Of a stretch of DNA of 50,213 nucleotides, positions 27,186 to 36,456 are shown piece by piece (the first letter of the stretch is position 1; each line of letters begins with the position of its first letter). Below the pieces are notes generated by a model. It had not been told where the DNA came from and did not search any database. It worked only from the letters and a program-made list of their open reading frames with translations. The position numbers were made by a program, and so were the translations under genes. The stretch comes from Armatimonadia bacterium (lineage in GTDB: Bacteria > Armatimonadota > Zipacnadia > Zipacnadales > UBA11051): NCBI GenBank assembly GCA_039683575.1, contig JBDKRC010000277.1, forward strand, positions 1 through 50,213, read 5' to 3'.

Positions 27186-30100
27186 ATGATGAAGAGAAGA
27201 GACTTGCGCCTCGCGTTGATAGCCCTCGCGGCGCTCATGCCAGTTTCGCTTGCACTGGCCGCCGATCCCATCCCCGGCAATCTCCTGACAAATCCCGGCT
27301 TCGAGCAAGCCGAGGTCGGCTTTCCTGTAGGTTGGCGGACCTTCGACGAGAAAGCCAAAGGTCTCGTTGCCCTGGACCGGCAGGAAGTCTTCGCAGGGAC
27401 CTACTCCCTGCGTGTGACCGGCGACCCCGCCGAAGCGTGGCTGCCGCTCTTCTCCGGTGGAATCAAAACGGAGCCAAACGGCGAATACACCCTTGGCTGC
27501 TTCAGCAAGAGTGCGATCAAGTCCGGCACGCAGATACTCTTCGCCCTCCGTGAGATCACCGCTGATGGCCAGTCGATACGCTTCAGCCAGGTGCCGATCC
27601 CGCTGCAGGGAGAATGGGCTTTCCATAGCCAGAAGCTCAAGCTGACCGAGAAGACTGCGTCGGTGCAGGTCTTCATCGTGTTGCAGAAGTGTGATGGCAA
27701 GGTCTGGTTCGACGATCTGGTTCTGGTGAAGGGCGATCTGCCCAATCTGGAGGCACTGCGGGCTCGCAAGAAGCAGCCGGCCACAGGCCCAGCCGCGCAG
27801 GAATTGCCTCTGTATACCAACATCCTGCCCAACGCCGGCCTCGAGAGCCTGGTCAATGACCAGCCGCAGCAGTGGACCTTCGTGGGCGCTGGTGACCAGC
27901 AGGGCGCCGCCGATCAGGCCTGCCGGTTCGCCGGCAAGACCTCCTTCCGCCAGACACATGGCAGTGGCGGCCTGCCTGCCAGCTACCTTCATCCGAGCAA
28001 CGCGATCAAGCTCGAGCCCAACAATACCTACCGCCTCTCTGCCTGGGTACGCACCTCACCCGGCGCCCGGAGCGCCTGGACCTCGATTCCCAAGGCCCGT
28101 CGGCAGCGAGTAGAGGGGGCCTGCCTGCAACTGATCTTCCTTGACGAGAAAGGGGAGAGCGTGACGGAGGCCTGGAGCGCTGCCGTGCAGACCGATGGCC
28201 AGTGGCAGCCGCTGGCGGTAGTTGGTATTGCCCCCGGTAACACAGTCTCCGCCGACATACGGCTCTACCACGGCGACTTGCGCGGCAGTTCATGGTTCGA
28301 CAGCCCGCGGCTAGAGCGAGTTGAGGATGCGGAAGACCTGCAGCCCCTCTGGGCGTTGCCCACCGACCAACTCGACACCGGCAGTCTGCCCCCAACCTGG
28401 CAAATGACCGGCAAAGCGGCCGCATCACTCGTCGCCGACGGAACCAGCAGGCAGTACTCTGTCGCCCTCCGCAATGGCGCAGCGGCTGTTAGCGAGCTTG
28501 TTCTGCCGCCGGTTGACGCCTCGTTTCCCGGCAGCTTCCGGATCTCGGGCGAGGCCCGTCAGGTTGCAGGTGAGGGCATAGTGAAGCTGGTTATGTCCTC
28601 GCTCAGTGCCGATGGCACGGTACTGGCGCGACAGGAGCAGCCTCTGGCGCTGACGGCGGACTGGGCCAACTTCATCGCCGACTACACACCCGAGCCAATG
28701 GCAGCCACATTCACCGTCGCGGTGGCCCTCTCCGGCGACGGCACGGCGGTAGACCTGCGCCAGCCAGTGGTGCAGAGGACCTCTCGCTCTAATCTCGCCG
28801 AATACGCTGCTCAGACCCTGAAACCGTCTGCCTCAGCGACGGCCGCCGCCGCCGCGCCGCCGAAGCTGCAGTTCGCGCCCTACAAGGGTCTGCCAACGCT
28901 TTCAGTCAATGGCGAGCGCCTGTCACCGACTCAGTACTGGTATGCAGATCCGCCCAAAGCCACTGAGATCGAAGCCTGCCGCCGCGCGGGTCTGATCCAG
29001 ACCCTGACTTTGGCAGACATTGACTGGTCCACAGACCCGCCGGGGATAGACTGGACCGCGTTCGACGCCCAAGTTCATGAAGTACTGAAGGGCGCTCCGC
29101 AGGCGTGGCTCATGCTCTGCTCCGACACGACCGCCGAGCATGGGAAGGTCTCGTGGGTGCGCAGTCACCCGGACCAGGCCTATGTGAATGACCTGAGCCA
29201 GGAGAACGTGAAGAGCTACAGTGGGGAGAGCCGCGCGTTCCCCTCCTTCGCCTCGACCAAGTGGCTCGACGATGTAAATCGCATGCTGGTCATGGTGATC
29301 AAGCACGTGCAGGCGTCCGATTACGCCTCCCGCGTCATTGGCTATCAGCTATCGGGCTACGAATGGTTCCAGTGGGAGTGGAGTTCGACCAGGATGGACG
29401 CTAGCAGCCACATGCGCGACGCCTTCCGGCGCTGGTTGAAGGCCAAGTACGGCACTACCGAAAGCCTCCAGAAAGCCTGGGGCAAGCCTGGCACCACTTT
29501 CGAGACTGTGCAGTTGCCCACAACCGCCGAGCGACGCCAGACTGTTGATGGAGTCTTTCGCGACCCCGTCGCACAGCGCCATGTCACCGACTTCTCACGT
29601 TTCTATAACGAATTGATAGCCGACGTGCTCATCAGCCAGGCGCGGACGGTCAAGCAGACGGCCGGGCCAGAGACGCTGGTCTCATGTTTCTATGGATATG
29701 ACTTGCAGATGTTCGATGGTCTGACCCGCGAAAGCTCCGCCCACCTGGCCGTGCGCAAGCTGCTGGACTCGAAGCTTATCGAGCTGCCCGGTGCTCCCAC
29801 CGACGGCTACCTGTATGAACGCGGAATCGGCGGCACCGGCGGTTTCATGACCTTGACGGGCACCTACCCCCTGCACGGGGCGCTGTACATGGACCAGCCC
29901 GATTTCCGCACCCACTGGTCGCCCCAAGATGTCGAGCGTACCGCTACCACGATAGATGACGTGAACATATTCCGGCGCGAATTTGCCCTGGCGTTGACGA
30001 ACGGTGTGCCGATCCAATACCTGGATTTCTCGCGAGACTGGACTATTGGGGATCCCCGACTGGTTGAAGAATTGCGGCGCTTTACCGAGATTGAGCGGTT

Positions 30101-30995
30101 CGCTCTGACGCTGGACCGCACCGCGCCCGCCGAGGGCATGGCGGTGGTCTTCAGCGAGGAGACCGCGGATTTCATCGGTACCGACCGCACCCTTTTCGAC
30201 GGTGGGCTGATCTACCACCAGCGACCGCTGCTATACCGTGGCGGCATGCCGCACCGGTACTTCCTGCTCAGCGACCTCGCCGACCCCGCTTTGCCTGATT
30301 ACCGGGTGTGGGTCTTCCCGAACGCCTTCCGCTTGACGGCCGAGGAACGCGCCCTCATCCAGCGCAAGTGCATGCGCAACGGTAACGTGGTGGTATTCTG
30401 CTATGCTCCGGGGATTGTGGACGAAAAGAGCGTCGCCACGGCCAACATGGAGCGTCTGCTGGGGTTCAAGCTGGAGAAGCTGACGGAGCCGCGCTACGCG
30501 AAGGTGAAGATTGCGCCGACTGCCGCCTGCCCCTGGCTGAAGGACAGCAACGGGCTCACGTACGGGCAAGGCCTGTGGTCGCCGCTGTACGCCGCTGTTG
30601 ATCCCACTGTGCAGGTGCTGGGCAAGTACGCCGAAAGCGACAAGCCGGGGCTGGTGTGGAAAGACTTCGGGAGCTACAAGGTGGTTTATTCCGGCGCGCC
30701 GCTGCTGCCCCCGGACCTGTGGCGCGACCTGGGGCGGCTGGCCGGTGCCAATATCTACTGCGAAACCAATGATGCAGTGTACGCTGACGGCAACTTCATC
30801 GGTCTCCATGCCCGCACGCCCGGCCTCAAACGCCTCAATCTGCCGCGCCGCGCTGATGTCTATGACCTGGTTCACCGCAAGGTGATTGCGCGTGGCGTGA
30901 CCAGCATCGAGCTAAAGATGAAGGGCTTCGACACCGCCCTCTTCTATATCGGCGACGCCGCGAAGGCCGAGGCCTTCTTCAGCCGGGGCGACTAG
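27186..30995 (+). CDS. Secreted multidomain protein: CBM4/9-like repeats plus GH42 (beta-galactosidase)-like catalytic and trimerisation domains
   Basis: Signal peptide, NLLTNPGFE...VWFDDL and NILPNAGLE...WFDS beta-sandwich repeats, FRRWLKAKYGTTESLQKAWG GH42-type segment, C-terminal GATase-like region. AGGAG RBS. Confidence 0.78.
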   Translation: MMKRRDLRLALIALAALMPVSLALAADPIPGNLLTNPGFEQAEVGFPVGWRTFDEKAKGLVALDRQEVFAGTYSLRVTGDPAEAWLPLFSGGIKTEPNGEYTLGCFSKSAIKSGTQILFALREITADGQSIRFSQVPIPLQGEWAFHSQKLKLTEKTASVQVFIVLQKCDGKVWFDDLVLVKGDLPNLEALRARKKQPATGPAAQELPLYTNILPNAGLESLVNDQPQQWTFVGAGDQQGAADQACRFAGKTSFRQTHGSGGLPASYLHPSNAIKLEPNNTYRLSAWVRTSPGARSAWTSIPKARRQRVEGACLQLIFLDEKGESVTEAWSAAVQTDGQWQPLAVVGIAPGNTVSADIRLYHGDLRGSSWFDSPRLERVEDAEDLQPLWALPTDQLDTGSLPPTWQMTGKAAASLVADGTSRQYSVALRNGAAAVSELVLPPVDASFPGSFRISGEARQVAGEGIVKLVMSSLSADGTVLARQEQPLALTADWANFIADYTPEPMAATFTVAVALSGDGTAVDLRQPVVQRTSRSNLAEYAAQTLKPSASATAAAAAPPKLQFAPYKGLPTLSVNGERLSPTQYWYADPPKATEIEACRRAGLIQTLTLADIDWSTDPPGIDWTAFDAQVHEVLKGAPQAWLMLCSDTTAEHGKVSWVRSHPDQAYVNDLSQENVKSYSGESRAFPSFASTKWLDDVNRMLVMVIKHVQASDYASRVIGYQLSGYEWFQWEWSSTRMDASSHMRDAFRRWLKAKYGTTESLQKAWGKPGTTFETVQLPTTAERRQTVDGVFRDPVAQRHVTDFSRFYNELIADVLISQARTVKQTAGPETLVSCFYGYDLQMFDGLTRESSAHLAVRKLLDSKLIELPGAPTDGYLYERGIGGTGGFMTLTGTYPLHGALYMDQPDFRTHWSPQDVERTATTIDDVNIFRREFALALTNGVPIQYLDFSRDWTIGDPRLVEELRRFTEIERFALTLDRTAPAEGMAVVFSEETADFIGTDRTLFDGGLIYHQRPLLYRGGMPHRYFLLSDLADPALPDYRVWVFPNAFRLTAEERALIQRKCMRNGNVVVFCYAPGIVDEKSVATANMERLLGFKLEKLTEPRYAKVKIAPTAACPWLKDSNGLTYGQGLWSPLYAAVDPTVQVLGKYAESDKPGLVWKDFGSYKVVYSGAPLLPPDLWRDLGRLAGANIYCETNDAVYADGNFIGLHARTPGLKRLNLPRRADVYDLVHRKVIARGVTSIELKMKGFDTALFYIGDAAKAEAFFSRGD

Positions 30996-31852
30996 GAGGA
31001 AGCCCTCGCTTCTCTCTGCTGCGCCAGTAGCTGCTCCATCAGTTCCCGGATCACTTCGGTGGAGTTGAGCGGCGCACACGGGTTGTCAATTGGCGTCACA
31101 GTCCCGTCCGGGTTCATGTGCACTGCCCCATATCGAGCAGGCCGCCCTGTCCCGTTCAGCAACTCCTCGTACGCGTCGCCGCTGTTGTAGTGCCAGAATT
31201 CGTACGGATAGGTTACGAAGCCGTGCCTGGCAAACAGTGCGGTGATCTCCTGGCGATTCCGCTGAGCGGTCTCGGAGACGAACGGAGAGGCCATCGGCGT
31301 GCACTCCGATATCTGCACATATGTCACGCCACGATCAACCTCCTCGCCGTTGTCTCGTTGGAACACGCTGACGTCCATGGCGCTGCCGGACATGTGCGTG
31401 CCCACCTTGGGGCTGCTTGCCACCAGCGCCCCTATGCGGCGGCACAGCAGTTCCACCGGCGGCTGCTCCTCCCCGCACTCCCACTGCACCAGGCGCAGGA
31501 CGGTCGTGAGCAGGCTCTTGCTCACGCCTGAAGCTTGCTGCATGGCCACAGTGCGGTAGGCGTCCTCCACCTTCAGCACCCACCCGCGCGCGTTCATCTC
31601 GGCGGCAACAGCCACAAAACGCGGTATCAGCCCCTTCCGCAGGTAGAACTGGCGCGGCATCCCGTGCAGGTGTGGCTGGTCGGTGAAGGCCACCTCAACC
31701 CCTGCTGCAGCGGCAGCCTCCGCGAGCGGCGCCATCGGCTCCCCGCACTCCTCCACCGGATAGGCGGCGATCTGTGCCATGAACTCGTCTGCTTCGTCCA
31801 TACTCGTGGTCCAGAAAGCGCGGCGGGCAGCGTCATCGGCTGGTGTCGTCAT
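30992..31852 (-). CDS. D-alanyl-D-alanine dipeptidase, M15D (VanX/DdpX) family
   Basis: DAYRT...Q, THMSGSAMD (HxxGxAxD Zn ligands), YPYEFWHY (ExxH). AGGAG RBS. Confidence 0.85.
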   Translation of the reverse strand: MTTPADDAARRAFWTTSMDEADEFMAQIAAYPVEECGEPMAPLAEAAAAAGVEVAFTDQPHLHGMPRQFYLRKGLIPRFVAVAAEMNARGWVLKVEDAYRTVAMQQASGVSKSLLTTVLRLVQWECGEEQPPVELLCRRIGALVASSPKVGTHMSGSAMDVSVFQRDNGEEVDRGVTYVQISECTPMASPFVSETAQRNRQEITALFARHGFVTYPYEFWHYNSGDAYEELLNGTGRPARYGAVHMNPDGTVTPIDNPCAPLNSTEVIRELMEQLLAQQREARASS

Positions 31853-32030
31853 TTGGGCCTCTCCTGAGTGCTGATTCTCGGGAACATCCTAAGCCGTGCA
31901 GCCTCTACCACTGCAGGGCTGCGGTCGGCCAATGAGGAAGGGAAGATCGCACGCCCTCCCTTCTACAAATGGACTGCCCTGCCCTGCTGGGGCGCCAAGC
32001 CCGCGCGCACTTCCAATGGTGAGAGATAAC

Positions 32031-35000
32031 ATGCACAGGTGGATACTGATGGTCTCGTTGATGACAGCCGGCCTCGCCGCTCAAGCCCAAGCCCTTACCC
32101 CCGGTCCACTTGAGTTTGTGATGAGTGAGACCGCCGGGGTTGCCGGCCCACGTGTGGCCACCGTGAGCGTCCCCTTTGCCAGGGGCGAGGTTGCCGCACT
32201 GCCGGGCGTGTCGGTGACGGGGAAGACGGGAACCCTCCCTGCCCAATGCCGCGTGCTGCACCTGCATCCTGATGGCTCCGTGCGGCGGGCGCTGGTGCGG
32301 TTTGTGTGGACCCCGCAGGCGAAGCAGAGCGAGACCTTCAAGCTCAATGTGCTGGCCAGCCCACCAAAGACACCCGCGCAGATCGGCGAGGCCAAGTCCG
32401 ACTCGTTCTCCCTCAAAGCCGGTACCAGAATCGTGCGGACGGAGGGTATGGGGCTGGTCATAGCAAGGGACGGCAAGGACGAGTGCCGCATCAGCTTCCG
32501 TGGTGTCGAGTTCCCACAGCGGTTCCTGGGGCCGGAGGTACGAGTGATCGAAGATGGGCCATGCTTCTCGTGGGTCAGTCTCACCTACTACGGCGGGTAC
32601 TGGAACGTCTACGCCGAAGTGCAGGCGGACGCAACCGGGCAGGTGCGCGTGGTTGAGCGCCTCCGCCGAACCTATGCAGGCGCGGTTCCCATCCCCCTGT
32701 TCGGGGCTGAAGTCAGCGGACTCCCTGCCGGATTGACCACCGACAAGCCCCAGACGCTGCCGTATGCCGCCACGGTGGCCGACGGCCCGCGCCAGTTTCA
32801 GTTTGGTGCAACCACGATCGCCCTGCCAGACGGTCCACAGATCAGGCAGGGACGGGCCAGTGTGGACGCCGCAGAAGACGGCTCCCGTCTTACCATCGTT
32901 CGCGACGCCTCGCTCGATCAGACCGTCGCGGAAGAACACAAACAGTTCCGCGAGGGACAGGAGCGAGCCGTGGAGTTGTTGCTGCCGCCTGCCCCCAACC
33001 CCCTCACCTGCGCAGCCGAGATCGCCCCCCAGCGCCGCTGTGTGGCCGTACTCGGTAAGTCACTGGTCTCATATGGCAAGCTGCAGCGGGTCCGGGAACT
33101 GAACACTGACCACGCGCTGAAGCTGGCCTGCCGCGACGGCGACCAGTGGGGTGACCTGACGGTCTCGGTCAGCCGGACCGCCCCCAAGTGGTCGATCACC
33201 GGCCTCACCCGCATAGACACGGGCTTGGACATGCTCGAAGACTACTACCGTGGCGGGGATCCCCGGCTGCGTGACTTGACCGTAAATTGGGCCGAAAACT
33301 GGGTCAGCCTCAAGCAGTACCACGGCTGGGACATGAACTCCTACGGTGGCGAGCGCTACACCATGGGCGCCTGGGACGCGATCTCCTCGTTCATCCAAAA
33401 GGGCATTCTGATGGTGGCCTACGCCTACGAGGAGACTGGCGATCCTCGCTACAAGGAAGCGGCGCTCAGCTTCGCCGACCGCATCGTCGAGCAGCTCAAA
33501 ACGCGGTGGTTCGTGGCTGGAACCAACGTAGCGCCCACGGCAATTGGTGGCGACGCCAACATCCGGCCTGCGTACCTGGGCCGCGACCTGGTGCTGATGT
33601 ACCGCTGGACTGGCGATCAGCGCTATCTGGAGGCAGCCAAGAGCATCCTCCATGGCCTCGCAGCCCTGCGCACCAGCGGCTATGGGTTGCTGCGCGAGGG
33701 CTACAGCGACCCCTACTCCCCGTTCGAGCGGCTCGTTACGGGAACCGATCTCGGAGTCACCGAAGACAACTCCGACCACCTCAAGCCCTACATCCTGGAA
33801 TATCTGGTGGAGGGGGCGCAGTATGTCTATGAGGAGACCAAAGACCCGGTAGCGCGGGAGACTATGGTCACGCTCAGCGACTTCATGCTAGGGGCCATGC
33901 AGGATGGGGGCTTTTGGAACTACGCGCAGCGGCATGCGGCCGAGGGCAACAGCATTGGCCACATGACAATCGAGATCGCCAACGGGCTGCTGAAGAGCTA
34001 CGCGCTGACGGGGGACAAGCGCTACCGGGACGCGGCCTTCATGTCATACCACTACCTCATCAAGGCCTTCGACACGTACGGCACAACCCTGGACGGCGTG
34101 GTTCCGCCGACCGACCGCAAGTACTTCTACCCCGGTGACCACTGCAGCCTGGACTTCTACCGGGGCAATGTCGGGCTCGACAATATCAGTCGCGACCCGA
34201 CCGCCTACCTGTTCACCGCCATGGATCGCATGCTGCGGATCGACCCGGAAGCGGACGAGTTCCTGCTGGCGCCGCCGACCCACCCACGCCACAAGTGGCT
34301 GATCGAACAGGTCCCGCTGGGCGGGCTTGAGGTAGTCCACGAAATCGGCCACAACTGGATCGCCCGGATAGACCTCGGCCGCGATGGAGACAGCGAGACC
34401 GGTGGCAAGTCCGATCTGGTGCTGCTGGAGGATGGCAAGCCCCTCGGTCCGGGGCACTCGCTGCACCAGTCGATCCGCGATGAAGGCCAGGGCCGGTACA
34501 GCCACTGGACGCGCAACTCGCTGTACTTCTCCACGGGCGACAATTCCGACCCGCTGACCAATGGGCGCAAGTACACGTGGTACTTCGGCTCTGCTGGCCA
34601 GATCCCGCCAGCCGGTCAGCAGCAGACCATACCGACGATCAACACTGCCTTCGGCAATCGCAAGTCACACCTCTCAGTGGCGATCTACGAGCGCGGCCTG
34701 CAGGCCGAGCGCGAGAAGCGCTACGAAGATGCCATCGCGGTCTGGGAGGACGTCCTCAAGCAGTGGCCCGACTGCGCACCGGAGCTATACCGGCAGATTG
34801 GGCTATGGGAAGCCGCGGGCACGCCAGACCAGATGCTCGCCACCTGCAGGCGGTTTCTGAAGACCTTCCCAACTCACGACCGCGCCCCCGAGGTCCGGAT
34901 GAAGCTGGTGACGTGGCTGCTGGCCCACGAGCAGAGGAACGAGGCGCAGGAGCTTCTGGCTGAACTGGCAAAGAGCGCTCCGGGAACCCCGTGGGGTGAA

Positions 35001-35555
35001 GAAGCAGCAGTGCGCCTGTGGCGCGAATGCGGCATCGGTGACGCCCCGGCGACGCTGATCCGCGCCGCTAAGGGCACCGCGCCTCAGCCGCTGACGGCCC
35101 TGCGGGCAGCGGATGGCCTCAAGTCGGAGGTTGCCCCGCAGATCGGTGCCGCGTATGACGACACCAACCTGTATCTCAAGCTCGTCCTGCCAGGGGCGCC
35201 GGCCGGCGCCGGTGAGAAGCTGTCTCTCTTCTTGGACCCGACGGGGACGATGACAAGCTACCAGGTGTATGCGGTGAGCCAGGATGGCACCACAACCGAG
35301 CGGCCCGCGATGTGGCACAATCGCCTGCAGGGCTTCGTGCCCGGTCAGGGCTGGCAGGTGAAAGTGACACAGGGGGATGGCTGGATTGCGGACGTGACGA
35401 TCCCCTTCAGCAAGCTGGGCTTCAGGCCAGAACCAGGCCGCCACACCTGGCGCCTCGGCTACCGCTGGGACAGTACCCGGGGCACGATGCTATGGCGACC
35501 CGCGATGCCGTGGTATGTGCGACCGCATGACTGCGGCTGGGTCGTGTTTCAGTGA
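32031..35555 (+). CDS. Secreted mosaic protein: YetA/PL26-like N-terminus, alpha/alpha-toroid, small His-rich module, TPR region, CBM9-like C-terminus
   Basis: Signal peptide MHRWILMVSLMTAGLAAQAQA, SVPFARG...PAQCRVL..HPDGSVR, repeated Y..TGD.RY..AA helices, TPR-like RYEDAIAVWE..LKQWP, AAYDDTNLYL...W.ADVTIPFSKLG. Confidence 0.7.
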   Translation: MHRWILMVSLMTAGLAAQAQALTPGPLEFVMSETAGVAGPRVATVSVPFARGEVAALPGVSVTGKTGTLPAQCRVLHLHPDGSVRRALVRFVWTPQAKQSETFKLNVLASPPKTPAQIGEAKSDSFSLKAGTRIVRTEGMGLVIARDGKDECRISFRGVEFPQRFLGPEVRVIEDGPCFSWVSLTYYGGYWNVYAEVQADATGQVRVVERLRRTYAGAVPIPLFGAEVSGLPAGLTTDKPQTLPYAATVADGPRQFQFGATTIALPDGPQIRQGRASVDAAEDGSRLTIVRDASLDQTVAEEHKQFREGQERAVELLLPPAPNPLTCAAEIAPQRRCVAVLGKSLVSYGKLQRVRELNTDHALKLACRDGDQWGDLTVSVSRTAPKWSITGLTRIDTGLDMLEDYYRGGDPRLRDLTVNWAENWVSLKQYHGWDMNSYGGERYTMGAWDAISSFIQKGILMVAYAYEETGDPRYKEAALSFADRIVEQLKTRWFVAGTNVAPTAIGGDANIRPAYLGRDLVLMYRWTGDQRYLEAAKSILHGLAALRTSGYGLLREGYSDPYSPFERLVTGTDLGVTEDNSDHLKPYILEYLVEGAQYVYEETKDPVARETMVTLSDFMLGAMQDGGFWNYAQRHAAEGNSIGHMTIEIANGLLKSYALTGDKRYRDAAFMSYHYLIKAFDTYGTTLDGVVPPTDRKYFYPGDHCSLDFYRGNVGLDNISRDPTAYLFTAMDRMLRIDPEADEFLLAPPTHPRHKWLIEQVPLGGLEVVHEIGHNWIARIDLGRDGDSETGGKSDLVLLEDGKPLGPGHSLHQSIRDEGQGRYSHWTRNSLYFSTGDNSDPLTNGRKYTWYFGSAGQIPPAGQQQTIPTINTAFGNRKSHLSVAIYERGLQAEREKRYEDAIAVWEDVLKQWPDCAPELYRQIGLWEAAGTPDQMLATCRRFLKTFPTHDRAPEVRMKLVTWLLAHEQRNEAQELLAELAKSAPGTPWGEEAAVRLWRECGIGDAPATLIRAAKGTAPQPLTALRAADGLKSEVAPQIGAAYDDTNLYLKLVLPGAPAGAGEKLSLFLDPTGTMTSYQVYAVSQDGTTTERPAMWHNRLQGFVPGQGWQVKVTQGDGWIADVTIPFSKLGFRPEPGRHTWRLGYRWDSTRGTMLWRPAMPWYVRPHDCGWVVFQ

Positions 35556-35679
35556 CAAGGCCGCAGTTGCGGCAACCTGTCGGCGCTTGTCTGGAGGCAT
35601 GCAAAGGCACCGCCTCGTCGGTTTGGCCGACGGCCGGATGATGGCCTACAAGCTGCCATAGAGGCTTCCCATGGCGCGC

Positions 35680-36456
35680 TCAGGGCCGGTACGACCACAG
35701 CCTCAGGTGTCGTGCCAGGCCGTTCACGGCCACCGCGGCGATGTACCCCGGGGCGGGATACAGGGAATGAAGGCTGTAGTGTTCTTGCTTGTCGTCTGCC
35801 GGCAAGGCGCCAACCTCGAGCTTCTGGCCCACCAGGCGCGGTTCCGCTGCCTCTAGTGATACCTCGACCGAAAACCCGTCCAGGGCGGTTCCGAGGCCTA
35901 CTCCAGTCAGTTTGAGCAGAGCCTCCTTGCGCGTCCAGCACGCAAAGAAGCTCTCCAGGCGCTCGGTCTCCGGCAGCGCCGCCAGGATGGCTTTCTCCCT
36001 GGGCGAGAAGAGTTGCTCCGCCACCCGCAGCCAGTTCGGGTCCTCGCGGATGAGCTCGGTATCCACCCCAACCTCGCAGCCGGAGGTAACTGCCAGCAGG
36101 GCCACCGACTCGCTGTGAGAGAGGTTGAACGCCATGGACTCCCCGCTGTCAGCCAGGACCGGCTTGCCGTGCAGCCCGGCGGTCAGGGGCACCTTGCCCG
36201 GCAGGCAGTTCAGATACCCGGCGAGGACATCTCTCAAGAAGGCCTGGGCCAGGATGTAGCGCGTGCGGTCTCTGGCGTGGCGAAGCCGTGCCGCGACCTG
36301 CGCAGGACCCGGCGATAGCCACCCCTGTACCCGGCGCACGTCCTCCGCCTCGCTCCGCAGCACCGACGCCCATACATGAATCTCGTCGGGCTTGGGGCGC
36401 CGTGGCGCCGGTCCCTCGGGCCAATACAGTACTGGCCCACATTCAGTGCTGCCCAT
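35680..36456 (-). CDS. 4'-phosphopantetheinyl transferase (Sfp type)
   Basis: HGKP, FNLSHS, VGVDTE, FFACWTRKEALLKLTGVGL. The start overlaps the NRPS stop. Confidence 0.95.
   Translation of the reverse strand: MGSTECGPVLYWPEGPAPRRPKPDEIHVWASVLRSEAEDVRRVQGWLSPGPAQVAARLRHARDRTRYILAQAFLRDVLAGYLNCLPGKVPLTAGLHGKPVLADSGESMAFNLSHSESVALLAVTSGCEVGVDTELIREDPNWLRVAEQLFSPREKAILAALPETERLESFFACWTRKEALLKLTGVGLGTALDGFSVEVSLEAAEPRLVGQKLEVGALPADDKQEHYSLHSLYPAPGYIAAVAVNGLARHLRLWSYRP

Noticed and set aside
30992-31852. Vancomycin resistance locus
   Set aside because: No vanH, vanA, vanR or vanS nearby.
35556-35679. Bidirectional terminator between convergent genes
   Set aside because: Two short GC hairpins, but no flanking U/A tracts.
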